Positions 30,430 to 39,842 of a stretch of DNA of 64,000 nt are shown here, one piece after another; position 1 is the first letter of the stretch; every line of letters starts with the position of its first letter. The stretch comes from an uncultured Chloroflexia bacterium (GTDB lineage Bacteria; Chloroflexota; Chloroflexia; Thermomicrobiales; UBA6265): the NCBI GenBank assembly GCA_963741795.1, contig CAVUJM010000043.1:24538-88537 (forward strand), in the 5' to 3' direction. The translations under genes and the position numbers were made by a program. Below the pieces are notes generated by a model. The model was not told where the DNA came from and searched no databases. It saw nothing but the letters and a program-made list of their open reading frames with translations.

Positions 30430-30600
30430 CTACTTGTTCTGGGTAAACTTCTTCTCTTCCGCCACCGTCAGCGCGTGACGCCCCTTGCGGCGGCGAGCGT
30501 TGAGGACGTTGCGGCCACCCTTGGTCGACATGCGGGCAAGGAAGCCGAACTTGCGGATGCGCTTGATGCGCTTGGGCTGGTAAGTGCGCTTCGTGGACAC
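30430..30600 (-). CDS. rpmH: 50S ribosomal protein L34
   Basis: (V)[45 protein letters not shown]. The start is GTG, with GGAG 7 nt upstream. Confidence 0.95.
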   Translation of the reverse strand: MSTKRTYQPKRIKRIRKFGFLARMSTKGGRNVLNARRRKGRHALTVAEEKKFTQNK

Positions 30601-30903
30601 GCGAATACTCCTTCTACCTGGTCGCTGACCCTCGTGGGCCGGGCATGATTCTCGCGTAGCCGGGTCTGGACTCGGCAGGCACGCGTTTGGTGGCGAACGA
30701 AGCCCGGTGCTGTGACAGGAATGCCAACCATCTCCGGGCAGATGCACCGCGATAGGCGCGCAGGCACGCTGATACCGCGCACACGGTGCACAAGACGTTG
30801 GAGTATAGGCCCATATCCGGAGAGCCGTCAACTTCCGCCCGTGGCATGCGTGACTCGACGTCACGGGTCTGCCCGGGTGCTATCGACCGAGAGGATCACC
30901 CGC

Positions 30904-31494
30904 ATGACCCACGATGACACCAGGTCCCTACCCCCGCTGATTCTCGTCAGCGGACCGCCAGGCGCCGGCAAAACAAGCCTCGCCCGTGAGATTGCCCGGG
31001 CCTTCGGGCTGCCGCTGCTCTCGAAGGACATGTTCAAGGAGGCGATCTTCGATCATCTTCCTGGCGTCGATACGAGCGACGCCCACCGGCTCGGGATCGC
31101 CTCGGTCGGGATGATGTACACCTTCGCCCGGCGCCAGCTCGAGAACGGTGTTGGGGTGATCCTCGAATCGACGTTCGACCGTGGCAAGGCTGAGGACGAC
31201 GTCCTTCCCCTGCTCGACGATGCGCGCGGGGTGATCGTGCATTGCACGGCGCCGCCGGAGCTGATCATGGAGCGCTACGTCCAGCGCGCCGATGACCCCG
31301 ACCGGCACGAGGTCCATCGCGACGAAGAACACGTCGATGCGCTTGAGCAGAATCTCGCCGCTGGCATCTACGACTCGATGGAGATCGGCCTGCCGACGAT
31401 CGAGATTGATATGCGCGATCCGGAGAAGGTCCATGCGAACGACCTGATAGTCCGACTTCGGACTATTCTGGAAGGAGAAGAGGCGAAGGGCTGA
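30904..31494 (+). CDS. P-loop kinase-like AAA family ATPase
   Basis: Walker A at LILVSGPPGAGKTSLA. The size (196 aa) and pattern resemble AAA_33/zeta-like small kinases. Confidence 0.65.
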   Translation: MTHDDTRSLPPLILVSGPPGAGKTSLAREIARAFGLPLLSKDMFKEAIFDHLPGVDTSDAHRLGIASVGMMYTFARRQLENGVGVILESTFDRGKAEDDVLPLLDDARGVIVHCTAPPELIMERYVQRADDPDRHEVHRDEEHVDALEQNLAAGIYDSMEIGLPTIEIDMRDPEKVHANDLIVRLRTILEGEEAKG

Positions 31495-31927
31495 TGTGGC
31501 CCTCGACGACGGGAAGGAGCAGGTCCGCGAGCCGCTCCGGGTAGAAGGTGTCGCTTGATGCGCGTATTCCGGCCAGCGACCACCATTCGTTGCGCGTGTA
31601 GTGCCGCTTCTCATCCTCGAACTGGTGCTCGTTCGTCACGGTTTGCATGCCGCACCGGACCAGGTAGTACCGCTCGTCAGCGAGCATTTCGTGGCCGTTG
31701 TAGAAGTGGCGCGCGCGGCGCGTCCACAGGAGCGGGCCTATGGGGACGCCGCTGATCCCGGTCTCCTCCCACATCTCGCGCAGGGCGGCATCCTCCCATG
31801 ACTCCCCGTCTTCCACGCCTCCGCCCGGCAGCACCCAGTACGAGCGGTGCTCACCGGTATGCCGGAACATGAATACTTCATCGAGGTCGTTGAGTAGGAC
31901 CACCCGCGCGCATTTTCGGATCCTCAC
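31463..31927 (-). CDS. NUDIX hydrolase
   Basis: Nudix box GGGVEDGESWEDAALREMWEETGI. Confidence 0.9.
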   Translation of the reverse strand: MRIRKCARVVLLNDLDEVFMFRHTGEHRSYWVLPGGGVEDGESWEDAALREMWEETGISGVPIGPLLWTRRARHFYNGHEMLADERYYLVRCGMQTVTNEHQFEDEKRHYTRNEWWSLAGIRASSDTFYPERLADLLLPVVEGHISPSPLLLPE

Positions 31928-32238
31928 GAGCCTGTCGTCCTTCCCTGCTGCCTTCTATGGCTGGGCGGCCAGTATACCTCCTGTCAGAATGCGACGGACG
32001 AGTCGCTTGACGGCACATGTCTTGTCGTCATTAGCATGCTCGTGGGAGGCGTGCCTGCTGACGTGGCGAGATGGATAATCGGCCTTGGCGGTTGGACGAG
32101 CGACAGGTTGGCCCTGCCTTCGATGACCGCGTCGCTCGTCGAGGCCACCACGCGCATGAGCGTGGGACAGCGTGGCCTCGGGCTGGTACGCTGACGTTCG
32201 ATAGCGTGCCGGCGTGTACAGGAGGGAGCGCACCATCG

Positions 32239-33597
32239 ATGCGCATCAGGTTGCCGTTCTCATGGTTCGATATTCGCGACAGCCTCTGGTACTGGCCCTC
32301 CATCATGACGATCGCCGCGATCGTCCTCTCGTTCATCACCATCTGGTTGGACCATACCCTCTTCAAGGAGCAGCGCATTCAGGCCTGGTGGCTCTTCGAG
32401 GGCGGCGCGGAAGGGGCGCGCGGCGTGCTCAGCGCCATCGCCAGTACGACCATGGCCGTCGCGACGACCGCGTTCTCCTTCACCCTGGTCGCGCTGCAGC
32501 TCAGCTCCAGCCAGTACTCCCCCCGCATCGTTCGCAACTTCACCGGTGACCGCTCGAACCAGCTCGTGATCGGCATCTTCGTCAGCACGTTCGTGTACAG
32601 CCTGCTCGTCCTCCGCGTCGTCCGCTCGGAGTTTGGCGACCGGGATCGCTTTGTGCCCGCCATCTCGGTTACCTTCGCTGTTTTCCTGGCGATGATCAGC
32701 ATCGGGGCCCTGATCTATTTCTTCCACCACGCCACGCGCACGATCCAGGCGTCGGTGATTATCTCGCGCACCACCGAGCAGGCCTCGAAGGTGATCGGGG
32801 AGGCGGCCGAACGCCTTGTCGGGAACGAGGCTTGGCGCCTCTCTCCGGTGCCGTTCCAGCGCCCGCCGCGCCTGCGGCCGGTTGGCATCGTGCGTGATCG
32901 CGATAGCGGATACGTACAGCGTATCCAGTACGAGAACCTCGCGGCCCTCTCCCGTCGGCACAACCTCCTGATCGAAGTGAATGCCCGTCCGGGCGATTTC
33001 CTGCTTTCCAACGATGCTCGCCTGACGCTCTGGGCCTATCCGGAGCAGTCGGACGTTGAGCGGGAGGAGATGAAGGAGGAGCAGCCGGACGAGGAGGACG
33101 GTGACCTGCTTTCCGCCTGCCAACATCTGGTCGAGATCGGACTGGAGCGGACGCTGGAGGCGGATGTGATCTTCGGGATGCAGCAGGTGAGCGATATCGC
33201 GCTGCGCGCCCTCTCGCCCGGCGTCAATGACCCGAACACGGCGATCGTCTCGCTGGACCGTATCGGTGAGCTGCTGCTGCTGATGGAGCCGACGAGCGGG
33301 AGTGAATCCGCCCGGATCGACGAGGATGGAGTCATGCGGTTGATCCAGCCCGAAGTGTCATGGGAAGCCATGGTGCGCGATGCGTTCATGCAGCTGCGGC
33401 ACTACGCCTCCAGCGATATCGGGGCAACCGTCGCGGTCATCTGCATGGCCGGCCGGTTGCGCGCCCACGTGCGGCCGGCATCGCGTCCGGCGCTGGAGAT
33501 CGTCGCGCAGAACATGGCGCAGGCGGCGCTGGGAGATCTGGAGATCGAGAGCGACCGGCAGCTCATCCGCAAGACACTTGCGGATGCCTTGGCCTAA
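32239..33597 (+). CDS. DUF2254 family membrane protein
   Basis: N-terminal TM helices and a conserved C-terminal region (VSDIALRALSPGVNDPNTA). I chose the ATG at 32239, which has a GGAGGGA RBS. Confidence 0.7.
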   Translation: MRIRLPFSWFDIRDSLWYWPSIMTIAAIVLSFITIWLDHTLFKEQRIQAWWLFEGGAEGARGVLSAIASTTMAVATTAFSFTLVALQLSSSQYSPRIVRNFTGDRSNQLVIGIFVSTFVYSLLVLRVVRSEFGDRDRFVPAISVTFAVFLAMISIGALIYFFHHATRTIQASVIISRTTEQASKVIGEAAERLVGNEAWRLSPVPFQRPPRLRPVGIVRDRDSGYVQRIQYENLAALSRRHNLLIEVNARPGDFLLSNDARLTLWAYPEQSDVEREEMKEEQPDEEDGDLLSACQHLVEIGLERTLEADVIFGMQQVSDIALRALSPGVNDPNTAIVSLDRIGELLLLMEPTSGSESARIDEDGVMRLIQPEVSWEAMVRDAFMQLRHYASSDIGATVAVICMAGRLRAHVRPASRPALEIVAQNMAQAALGDLEIESDRQLIRKTLADALA

Positions 33598-33660
33598 TGG
33601 GTTCCGCACAGACAGCACAACGCCGGCATGGGGAAGCGCATGCCGGCGTTGTGCTGTGTA

Positions 33661-34149
33661 CTAGAAGTTCGCCGGGCTCGCTTCCGGCGTGACCTCGGGC
33701 GGTCCGTCCGGCTGCGGCGCGACCGGGGTGCCGTTCTCCTGGAAGACCGGCTCGCTGCCCTGCGTGGCGTTCAGGCCGTTGAGGAGCATGTTGTCCGAGG
33801 ATACCGGGTCGCTGGAGTAATTGTCGGTTAGGTAGGAGATGATCCAGGCCGCGTCCTCGTCCGAGATCTCTGCGCCGTACGTGTTCCGCATTTTCTGGAC
33901 CTCAGCGTCCCACACCTCCGGCGTGAAGCCCGCGTGGGTCAGGATCGGCTGTGCCTGGTGGCAGACGAGGCAGTTCGCCTCCAGCTTGTCCTTCCCAGGT
34001 GCGTCGACCAGTTTCGCCGGGTTCTGGCTGGGGACAAGTGTCAGTTCCTCGTCGGAGCCCTGTCCCGCCGCCTGCCCGATCGCGAAGGCGATCGTCAGTA
34101 TCCCGATCATCGCCAGCAGCGCGACCTGCTTCCCAAACGTCGATCTCAT
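33661..34149 (-). CDS. Mono-haem c-type cytochrome (SorB-like electron acceptor subunit)
   Basis: Signal peptide and a single CLVCH haem-binding motif. It begins 6 nt after the molybdoenzyme gene. Confidence 0.75.
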   Translation of the reverse strand: MRSTFGKQVALLAMIGILTIAFAIGQAAGQGSDEELTLVPSQNPAKLVDAPGKDKLEANCLVCHQAQPILTHAGFTPEVWDAEVQKMRNTYGAEISDEDAAWIISYLTDNYSSDPVSSDNMLLNGLNATQGSEPVFQENGTPVAPQPDGPPEVTPEASPANF

Positions 34150-34154
34150 CGATA

Positions 34155-35357
34155 TTACCCCTCTACCCCGACCAGGATCGCGGCGAACGTCTCGGTTCCG
34201 ATGGCATTACGTCCTCCACCGTCCCATGTGGCCTGCGGTTCCTCCACCGGCTGTGTCTCGCCCTCGTCGTTGGTCGCGCGGCTCATGACCTTGAACGGCC
34301 CGGCCACCGGCGCAGTGATCTCGGCATTGAAGACCCTCCAAGCGTATTGTCCGACCGACTCTTCCAGCTCCGCTTCCTGCCAGCTAGCGCCACCGTCAAC
34401 GCTGATCTCGACCTTCTCGATGCCGACGCCCTTGTCATAGGCGACGCCCTTGATCGCGACCTTCTCACCGACCTTCACCTCAGTGCCGTCGGCCGGCAGG
34501 GTGATCAGCGACTTGGTCTGCATATAGCTCTTGCCGATCTCGCGCTGCGACCATTCGCGCTCGTCTTCCTTGGTGCGCAGGTCAATCTCAACAAGTTGCT
34601 TGACCCAGCGCGGGGCCTTGTTGCCCGGCGAGACGAGGCGCAACGGGTAGCCGTTCCAGAAGTTCAACGGCTCGCCGTTCTGCTTCATGGCCAGGATCGC
34701 CGGCTCGTTCAGCAGCTGCTCGGCCGTGTAGGTGCGGACGTAGTCGCCCTTTTTGGCGGAGATGGTGCTCGCGCCGGAGCGCAGCGAGATGAACTTCGTG
34801 CGGTCGTCGATGCCCACGTGCTCGAGAATGGCCTTGAGGTTGACGCCCGTCCACTTCGCGCAACTCACATCGCCCTTCGTCCACGGCAGGCCCGGGACCA
34901 TCGGCCGCAGCAGGCCGCGCCCCATTCCGGCGCACTCGCCAACAGCGATGAGGCTCTCTTCCGGGAATGTGTCCCGCAGATCCTGGAGCGTGAACTCGTA
35001 CTCCTTGTCGATCGCGTCGCCGATGACGCGGAGGACGAAATCGTCCTCGGTGAACTTCGGCGGCATCGGCTCGCGGTACCGCACGTAGTAGTACTCGTTG
35101 TCCGTCAGGGGATAGTTCTTCTCGCCGATGAGGCGCGGCGTTGGCGTCTCGTAGTTCGGCGGCAGGTCGTAGACCTGACCCATCAGCCCCTTGGTCGGCA
35201 AGGCGACCAACGGATAAGGCGTGCCCGGGCGCCCGGTGCCCTGGGCGCTGGCCTTCAGCAGCCAGGACTCGACCGAGATCCGGCCAAGATTGCCAACACC
35301 AAGGGCGGTGGTCGCCGCAGCGATTGCCCCGGTGACAAACCGACGTCTGTTTAACAT
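34155..35357 (-). CDS. Sulfite-oxidase-family molybdopterin oxidoreductase (SorA-like) with a Tat signal
   Basis: Twin-arginine MLNRRRFVTG, the Moco-Cys region AVGECAGMGRG, and a C-terminal dimerisation-type beta domain. A GGGAGGG RBS precedes the start. Confidence 0.8.
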   Translation of the reverse strand: MLNRRRFVTGAIAAATTALGVGNLGRISVESWLLKASAQGTGRPGTPYPLVALPTKGLMGQVYDLPPNYETPTPRLIGEKNYPLTDNEYYYVRYREPMPPKFTEDDFVLRVIGDAIDKEYEFTLQDLRDTFPEESLIAVGECAGMGRGLLRPMVPGLPWTKGDVSCAKWTGVNLKAILEHVGIDDRTKFISLRSGASTISAKKGDYVRTYTAEQLLNEPAILAMKQNGEPLNFWNGYPLRLVSPGNKAPRWVKQLVEIDLRTKEDEREWSQREIGKSYMQTKSLITLPADGTEVKVGEKVAIKGVAYDKGVGIEKVEISVDGGASWQEAELEESVGQYAWRVFNAEITAPVAGPFKVMSRATNDEGETQPVEEPQATWDGGGRNAIGTETFAAILVGVEG

Positions 35358-35736
35358 AAAAGACCCTCCCGACGTCAAAGGTAATCGCGCTGCGCAGCCG
35401 AGAGCGGCTGGAGCCTCTCCTCTTCCGAAGACGGACCCGTCCTCGTTCCCGTTTCGGCGCACCTGAGTGTACGGGAAACTACCCTTTCGGGTAGGGAACA
35501 AGGACATTATTGACCCTGTATCGGTCCTGTTCTGTCGCCTTGTCGCGCCTGGCGCCATCTTGTGGATACGCACCAATACCTTGGCTGGATCTTTCCGCAG
35601 GGCCGTATTGCGCGGAACGGGATGCCAGATCGCCTGTACTGTGGCGAGGACAATGCTGTTCTTCGCAGCATGCGGGCCACGGTTATGACGTGAACGCGGG
35701 ATACGCAAGCGTCGTTTGGAGGCAGCGAGGCGGTAC

Positions 35737-37569
35737 CTAGTTGCCCGCCTCGTCCTCATCGACCGGGTCGAGCGTGCGCTGCTCCCGGTTCGTGGTCGGC
35801 GTGCTGTCGGAGGAGGGCGCCGAAGTCGGCTGCACGCCGGATGGCTCGTCGGCACCGGTCTCGCGCTGGTAATCCTCGAGCGACCATTGATCGCCGGCGG
35901 GGTCCGGCGCGTCGTTGCCGAGCATCACCACGATGTCATAGCCGGCGTACTGGTCGATCCCATCGTTGGCAATTGAGCTTGCGTCGCCGAGCACGATCGT
36001 ATCGGCGCCGACGCCGATCAGGCTCGAGATCATCGCCGAGGTGCCGAGGTTGCTGTCATGGTCCACGATCGTCGATTGGTCGTGGTCGCCCTGGTTGTCC
36101 GCATTGTCGACGGAGACGTTCCAGAAGCCGTTCTGTTCGAGCGTGGTGCCGACGCGTCCAGCGAGGCCGGTGTTGGTGGTGCCGTTGAGGATCATGATCG
36201 AGGCGCCGTAATCCGGGTCAGCGATGGCCGCGCCGGGCGGGCTGATCGGCGCGCCGGCGAACTCGCTGAAGATATCCGTCGCGATATTCCAATCGGCGCT
36301 GAGGTAGTACGTGCCGTCGAGGCCGGGGTCGTCGTAGAGGGCCGGCAAGAGTGAGATCGACTGGATCTCGTCGCGCGGGATTTCCATGCCGACCTGTGCG
36401 AGGCGAATGGCGTCGCTGATGGAGATATCGGTGCGCACGGAGTCGCCGAACTGCCGGATCAGCGTTGGGAGCTGGCCGACGAGGTTGAGGCTGACGGCCT
36501 GGTCGCGCAGGGCGAGGAGGACCTGCTGCTGTCGCGCCGAGCGCATCGTGTCGCCGTCCTGGTGGCGCGTGCGGGCGTAGATCAGCGCCTCTTCGCCATC
36601 GAGGTGCTGCCATCCGGCCGGGAAGTAGATGCGCTGGTAGCGGTAGTTCTCCGCCGGGTAGGCATCGTCGCGGATCGGGTACGGCACGTCGACAACCACG
36701 CCGCCGACCGTATCGATCATCTGGATAAAGCCCTGGAAATCGATTTGGACGAAACCGTGGACCGGGATGCCGAGGTTCGACTCGATCGTGCGGATGGTGA
36801 GGCCGGCTCCCCCACCCTGTACCTGGTTGAACTCGCCGAGGGCGAAGGCGGCGTTGATCTTGTGGACGCCGTAGCCAGGGATGACCACCTTCAGGTCCCG
36901 CGGGATCGACATCATCGTCGCGGACTTGTCGACCGGGTCGATGTTCACGAGGATCAGCGTGTCAGTCCGCGAGGCGCCGCCGGCCTCGATATCGACGCCT
37001 AGCAGCAGGATGGTGATCGGCTCGGAGCCCGACCAGCTGCTTCCGTCTTCCTCATTGGATGCGGCGACCAGCTCGGGCGTGCCTTGCACGTTGAGCTGGG
37101 GCACGAACGCCGAGTTGAGATGCTCGACCGGGCCGACGGTGACATTTCGGTACGCCTGGAACGAGGACCAGATGACTGGGCTGAGCGCGAGCATGGCCAC
37201 GATGAGCAGGATGCCAGGGATGCCGAGGACCGGCCAGAACCAGCGCTTCTGGCGTAGGGCGGCGATGCGCGAGGCGGGACGGCGGTTCGCCGCCTGGACC
37301 TCCTGGGCGATGGCGAACTCGGCCTGGAGCGGTGTGGCGGTCGCCGGTATGGCGGTCGGAATCGCGGTTGGAAAGGAACGCTGGCGCGATGCGCGTCGCG
37401 AGCGAGGTGCGCTGTACCGCTGGTAACGGTCGGCCGGGCGTTCGCGACGTCGGGCGGCGTCCACAGCGCCCGCGCGGGTGCGTGCGGCGTGTCGGCGCCG
37501 GCGAGCCAGGTAGTCCCCGGCGGAATCGTCCGGGCGGGATTGGTGCATGGGTGAGTCGTGATCTGGCAT
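35737..37569 (-). CDS. LytR-CpsA-Psr (LCP) family cell-envelope phosphotransferase with a C-terminal LytR_C-like domain
   Basis: TM anchor, then ILLLGVDIEAGGASRTDTLILVNIDP...SIPRDL...KINAAFALGE. Confidence 0.85.
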   Translation of the reverse strand: MPDHDSPMHQSRPDDSAGDYLARRRRHAARTRAGAVDAARRRERPADRYQRYSAPRSRRASRQRSFPTAIPTAIPATATPLQAEFAIAQEVQAANRRPASRIAALRQKRWFWPVLGIPGILLIVAMLALSPVIWSSFQAYRNVTVGPVEHLNSAFVPQLNVQGTPELVAASNEEDGSSWSGSEPITILLLGVDIEAGGASRTDTLILVNIDPVDKSATMMSIPRDLKVVIPGYGVHKINAAFALGEFNQVQGGGAGLTIRTIESNLGIPVHGFVQIDFQGFIQMIDTVGGVVVDVPYPIRDDAYPAENYRYQRIYFPAGWQHLDGEEALIYARTRHQDGDTMRSARQQQVLLALRDQAVSLNLVGQLPTLIRQFGDSVRTDISISDAIRLAQVGMEIPRDEIQSISLLPALYDDPGLDGTYYLSADWNIATDIFSEFAGAPISPPGAAIADPDYGASIMILNGTTNTGLAGRVGTTLEQNGFWNVSVDNADNQGDHDQSTIVDHDSNLGTSAMISSLIGVGADTIVLGDASSIANDGIDQYAGYDIVVMLGNDAPDPAGDQWSLEDYQRETGADEPSGVQPTSAPSSDSTPTTNREQRTLDPVDEDEAGN

Positions 37570-37846
37570 GGCACCGGGGCGAGAGCGACAAGGGCGGCAC
37601 GATCGGGACCGGACGGAACAGCCGTCGCCGTGCGGCGGGTGTTCGGGTCGGGAGCGCGATCAGTCTACCATGGTCCGCTACGTGCGCTTCCCTGGAAAGA
37701 TAAGATTATGTCGACTCACGTCGACCGGGAGCGACCGGTATCGGCGGGATATCCCTTCGCGATGGGATAGAATACTGATCGAGTGCTGATGCCGCGGGGG
37801 CGGTAATGCAGCCTGTCCTGATCATTGTGGAAGTGAGTAGCCCCGA

Positions 37847-38431
37847 ATGGTGCTGTCGGACCGAGACATTATCAAGGCCCTCGAGGAGGGCCGCATCCGG
37901 ATCGACCCTGCTCCGGACCTCGAGAAGCAGCTCGGGTCGGTCTCGGTCGACTTCCGGCTGGGACGCACCTTCATGGTGTTCGAGCACAGCCGCTTCAGCT
38001 ACATTGATCCGCGACACCCGCAGTCGATCGGTGATGCGATGCGCACGATCGAGGTCGAGGACGACGAGTCCTTCATCATGCAGCCGGGCGACTTCGCCCT
38101 GGCCTCGACGATGGAGTCGCTCGAGCTTCCGGACGATCTGCTCGGCCGCCTGGAGGGCCGCTCCTCGATCGCGCGCCTTGGTATCACGGTGCACTCCACC
38201 GCGGCCGTGTTCGAGCCCGGATGGGTTGGGACGGCGACGATGGAGCTGAGCAATCTTGGTCGGATGCCGGTGGCGCTGTATCCGGGGATGCGTATCTGCG
38301 CGTTCTCGTTCGAAACGGTGTCGTCGCCCGTACGCACGCCGTATCGCGAGAAGATCGGGAACAAGTACGCGGGTCAGGTCACGCCGCGTGCGAGCCAATT
38401 GTCGGAGGAGAACCGGGCCGGCAATCCGTAA
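37847..38431 (+). CDS. dcd: dCTP deaminase
   Basis: MVLSDRDI...IDP...VDFRLG...GRSSIARLGI...EPGW.G..T.ELSN. Confidence 0.9.
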   Translation: MVLSDRDIIKALEEGRIRIDPAPDLEKQLGSVSVDFRLGRTFMVFEHSRFSYIDPRHPQSIGDAMRTIEVEDDESFIMQPGDFALASTMESLELPDDLLGRLEGRSSIARLGITVHSTAAVFEPGWVGTATMELSNLGRMPVALYPGMRICAFSFETVSSPVRTPYREKIGNKYAGQVTPRASQLSEENRAGNP

Positions 38432-38443
38432 GCCGGAATAGAA

Positions 38444-38459
38444 TGTTTCACGTGAAACA
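38444..38459. other. parS centromere-like site 1 (perfect consensus palindrome)
   Basis: TGTTTCACGTGAAACA. The extended palindrome GAATGTTTCACGTGAAACATTC spans 38441-38462, 10 nt after the dcd stop. Confidence 0.8.
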
Positions 38460-38549
38460 TTCGTGCGACGTTACGACCAGACGGGTAGATGGTTACGGCG
38501 GAGTACCCCGGCGTCAACGGGGCGCCATGAATCGGCAGGGAGTAGGGGA

Positions 38550-38930
38550 ATGCAGGCGTTGAAGGACATCCGGGACCGAATCCTCCCGATGATGGAAGTG
38601 GCGGCGGAGCAGTACAAGGGTCGGGTTCCCGCCGGGTACCCGATGGTCGTGGACGAGGTCGACCGCGGCACCGTCGGGCTGGAGCTGGACCCGAACTACG
38701 CGCTCTACATCACCGAGGACGGGGAGGGGCTTTCCGCGGAGGTGTACCGGCGCCTGCCTCGCATCGACAACCGCTCCAACGCGGGCCGGCAGAAGTACGG
38801 AGGCGCGCCGCTCTCCGACCGCCGACCGCTCTCGGCCGATGTCGACGACCAGACGTTGCGCAACCTTATCGCCGAGCTGAAGAACTACCTCAACTTCCAG
38901 CCCGGCTACCTGTACCTCAGCGACGACTAG
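38550..38930 (+). CDS. Hypothetical protein (126 aa)
   Basis: High GC3, with a purine-rich RBS before ATG 38550. I see no recognisable motif. Confidence 0.45.
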   Translation: MQALKDIRDRILPMMEVAAEQYKGRVPAGYPMVVDEVDRGTVGLELDPNYALYITEDGEGLSAEVYRRLPRIDNRSNAGRQKYGGAPLSDRRPLSADVDDQTLRNLIAELKNYLNFQPGYLYLSDD

Positions 38931-39086
38931 ACCGTCTGGAGCTCATGCAGAATGGTGGACAGGTAGCGCCTGTGCCCGGGCCGGCACCGCTGGTGCCGCT
39001 TTGGCGCCCTATCCCGTCGGGGCGATGTCTCGTCGATACTACAGGGCCGTCAAGACCGATATCCGCTCTAAGCGAGCGAAACGAGA

Positions 39087-39120
39087 CGCCCCGGACATCA
39101 AGTCCGGGGCGCTTTTGTGT
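39087..39120 (+). terminator. Rho-independent terminator
   Basis: CGCCCCGGAC-ATCAA-GTCCGGGGCG is followed by CTTTTGTGT. Confidence 0.75.
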
Positions 39121-39233
39121 CCTGTAGGCGGTTGCTCCGGGGGGCAGGCCCGCGCGCATACCTGAAGATATGCGTTTGGGCGCAGGGGAGGGCACCATCC
39201 GCGTAGGACCGCGGTACGAGAAAGCGGGCGGGA

Positions 39234-39249
39234 TGTTTCACGTGAAACG
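39234..39249. other. parS centromere-like site 2 (one mismatch), embedded in a 42-44 bp palindrome
   Basis: TGTTTCACGTGAAACG is flanked by AAAGCGGGCGGGA / TCCCGCCCGCTTT (39221-39262). Confidence 0.7.
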
Positions 39250-39287
39250 TCCCGCCCGCTTTCGTCTCTATCGGTTGAAGGAGAGGA

Positions 39288-39749
39288 TTACTCCTCGATC
39301 ACCCAGGTATCGACATCGCGACCGTAGTCGACAACGCCTCCGTCGCCGAAGAAGATCCCCACCTCGCGCTCGGCACTCTCGACGCTGTCCGACGCATGGA
39401 CGACATTGCGGCCGATCGTCAGTGCGAAGTCGCCGCGGATCGTGCCCGGGGCGGCCTCAGCCGGCTTGGTCGCGCCGTTCGTCGTGCGCACGACGCCAAT
39501 CGCGTCCGGGCCCTCGACCACCATCAGGACCGACGGGGCGGAGGTGATGTAGCTGACCAGGCCCTCGTAGAACGGCTTGCCCTTGTGCTCGCCGTAGTGC
39601 TTCTCGGCGGTCTCGCGGGAGACCTGCTCCAGCTTCATCGCCGCGATCTTCAGCCCGCGCTTCTCGTAGCGAGCGGTAATCTCGCCGATAAGTCCGCGCT
39701 GGACCGCGTCCGGCTTGATGATGACCAGGGAGCGTTCGTTGTTCGCCAT
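39288..39749 (-). CDS. ndk: Nucleoside diphosphate kinase
   Basis: [20 protein letters not shown]...RNVVHASDS (active-site His). Confidence 0.95.
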   Translation of the reverse strand: MANNERSLVIIKPDAVQRGLIGEITARYEKRGLKIAAMKLEQVSRETAEKHYGEHKGKPFYEGLVSYITSAPSVLMVVEGPDAIGVVRTTNGATKPAEAAPGTIRGDFALTIGRNVVHASDSVESAEREVGIFFGDGGVVDYGRDVDTWVIEE

Positions 39750-39842
39750 AGTATGTTCTCCATAAGATACTGCGGACTCCATCGTCCGCCCGTTTGCAGC
39801 TTTCATGCCCGCACGACTCGCGCCTGCGGAACCGGTCCGATT

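Noticed and set aside
30601-30903. The region upstream of rpmH as the classical oriC position
   Set aside because: I found no 9-mer within 2 mismatches of TTATCCACA and no AT-rich tract there. No dnaA is adjacent.
38931-39120. 6S RNA or SRP (4.5S) RNA identity for the terminator-ended segment
   Set aside because: I could not find the conserved SRP domain IV sequence (GGAAGCAGCC-like). The end-to-end pairing expected for 6S is only patchy (GGAGC/GCTCC, ACAGG/CCTGT, GCGCC/GGCGC).
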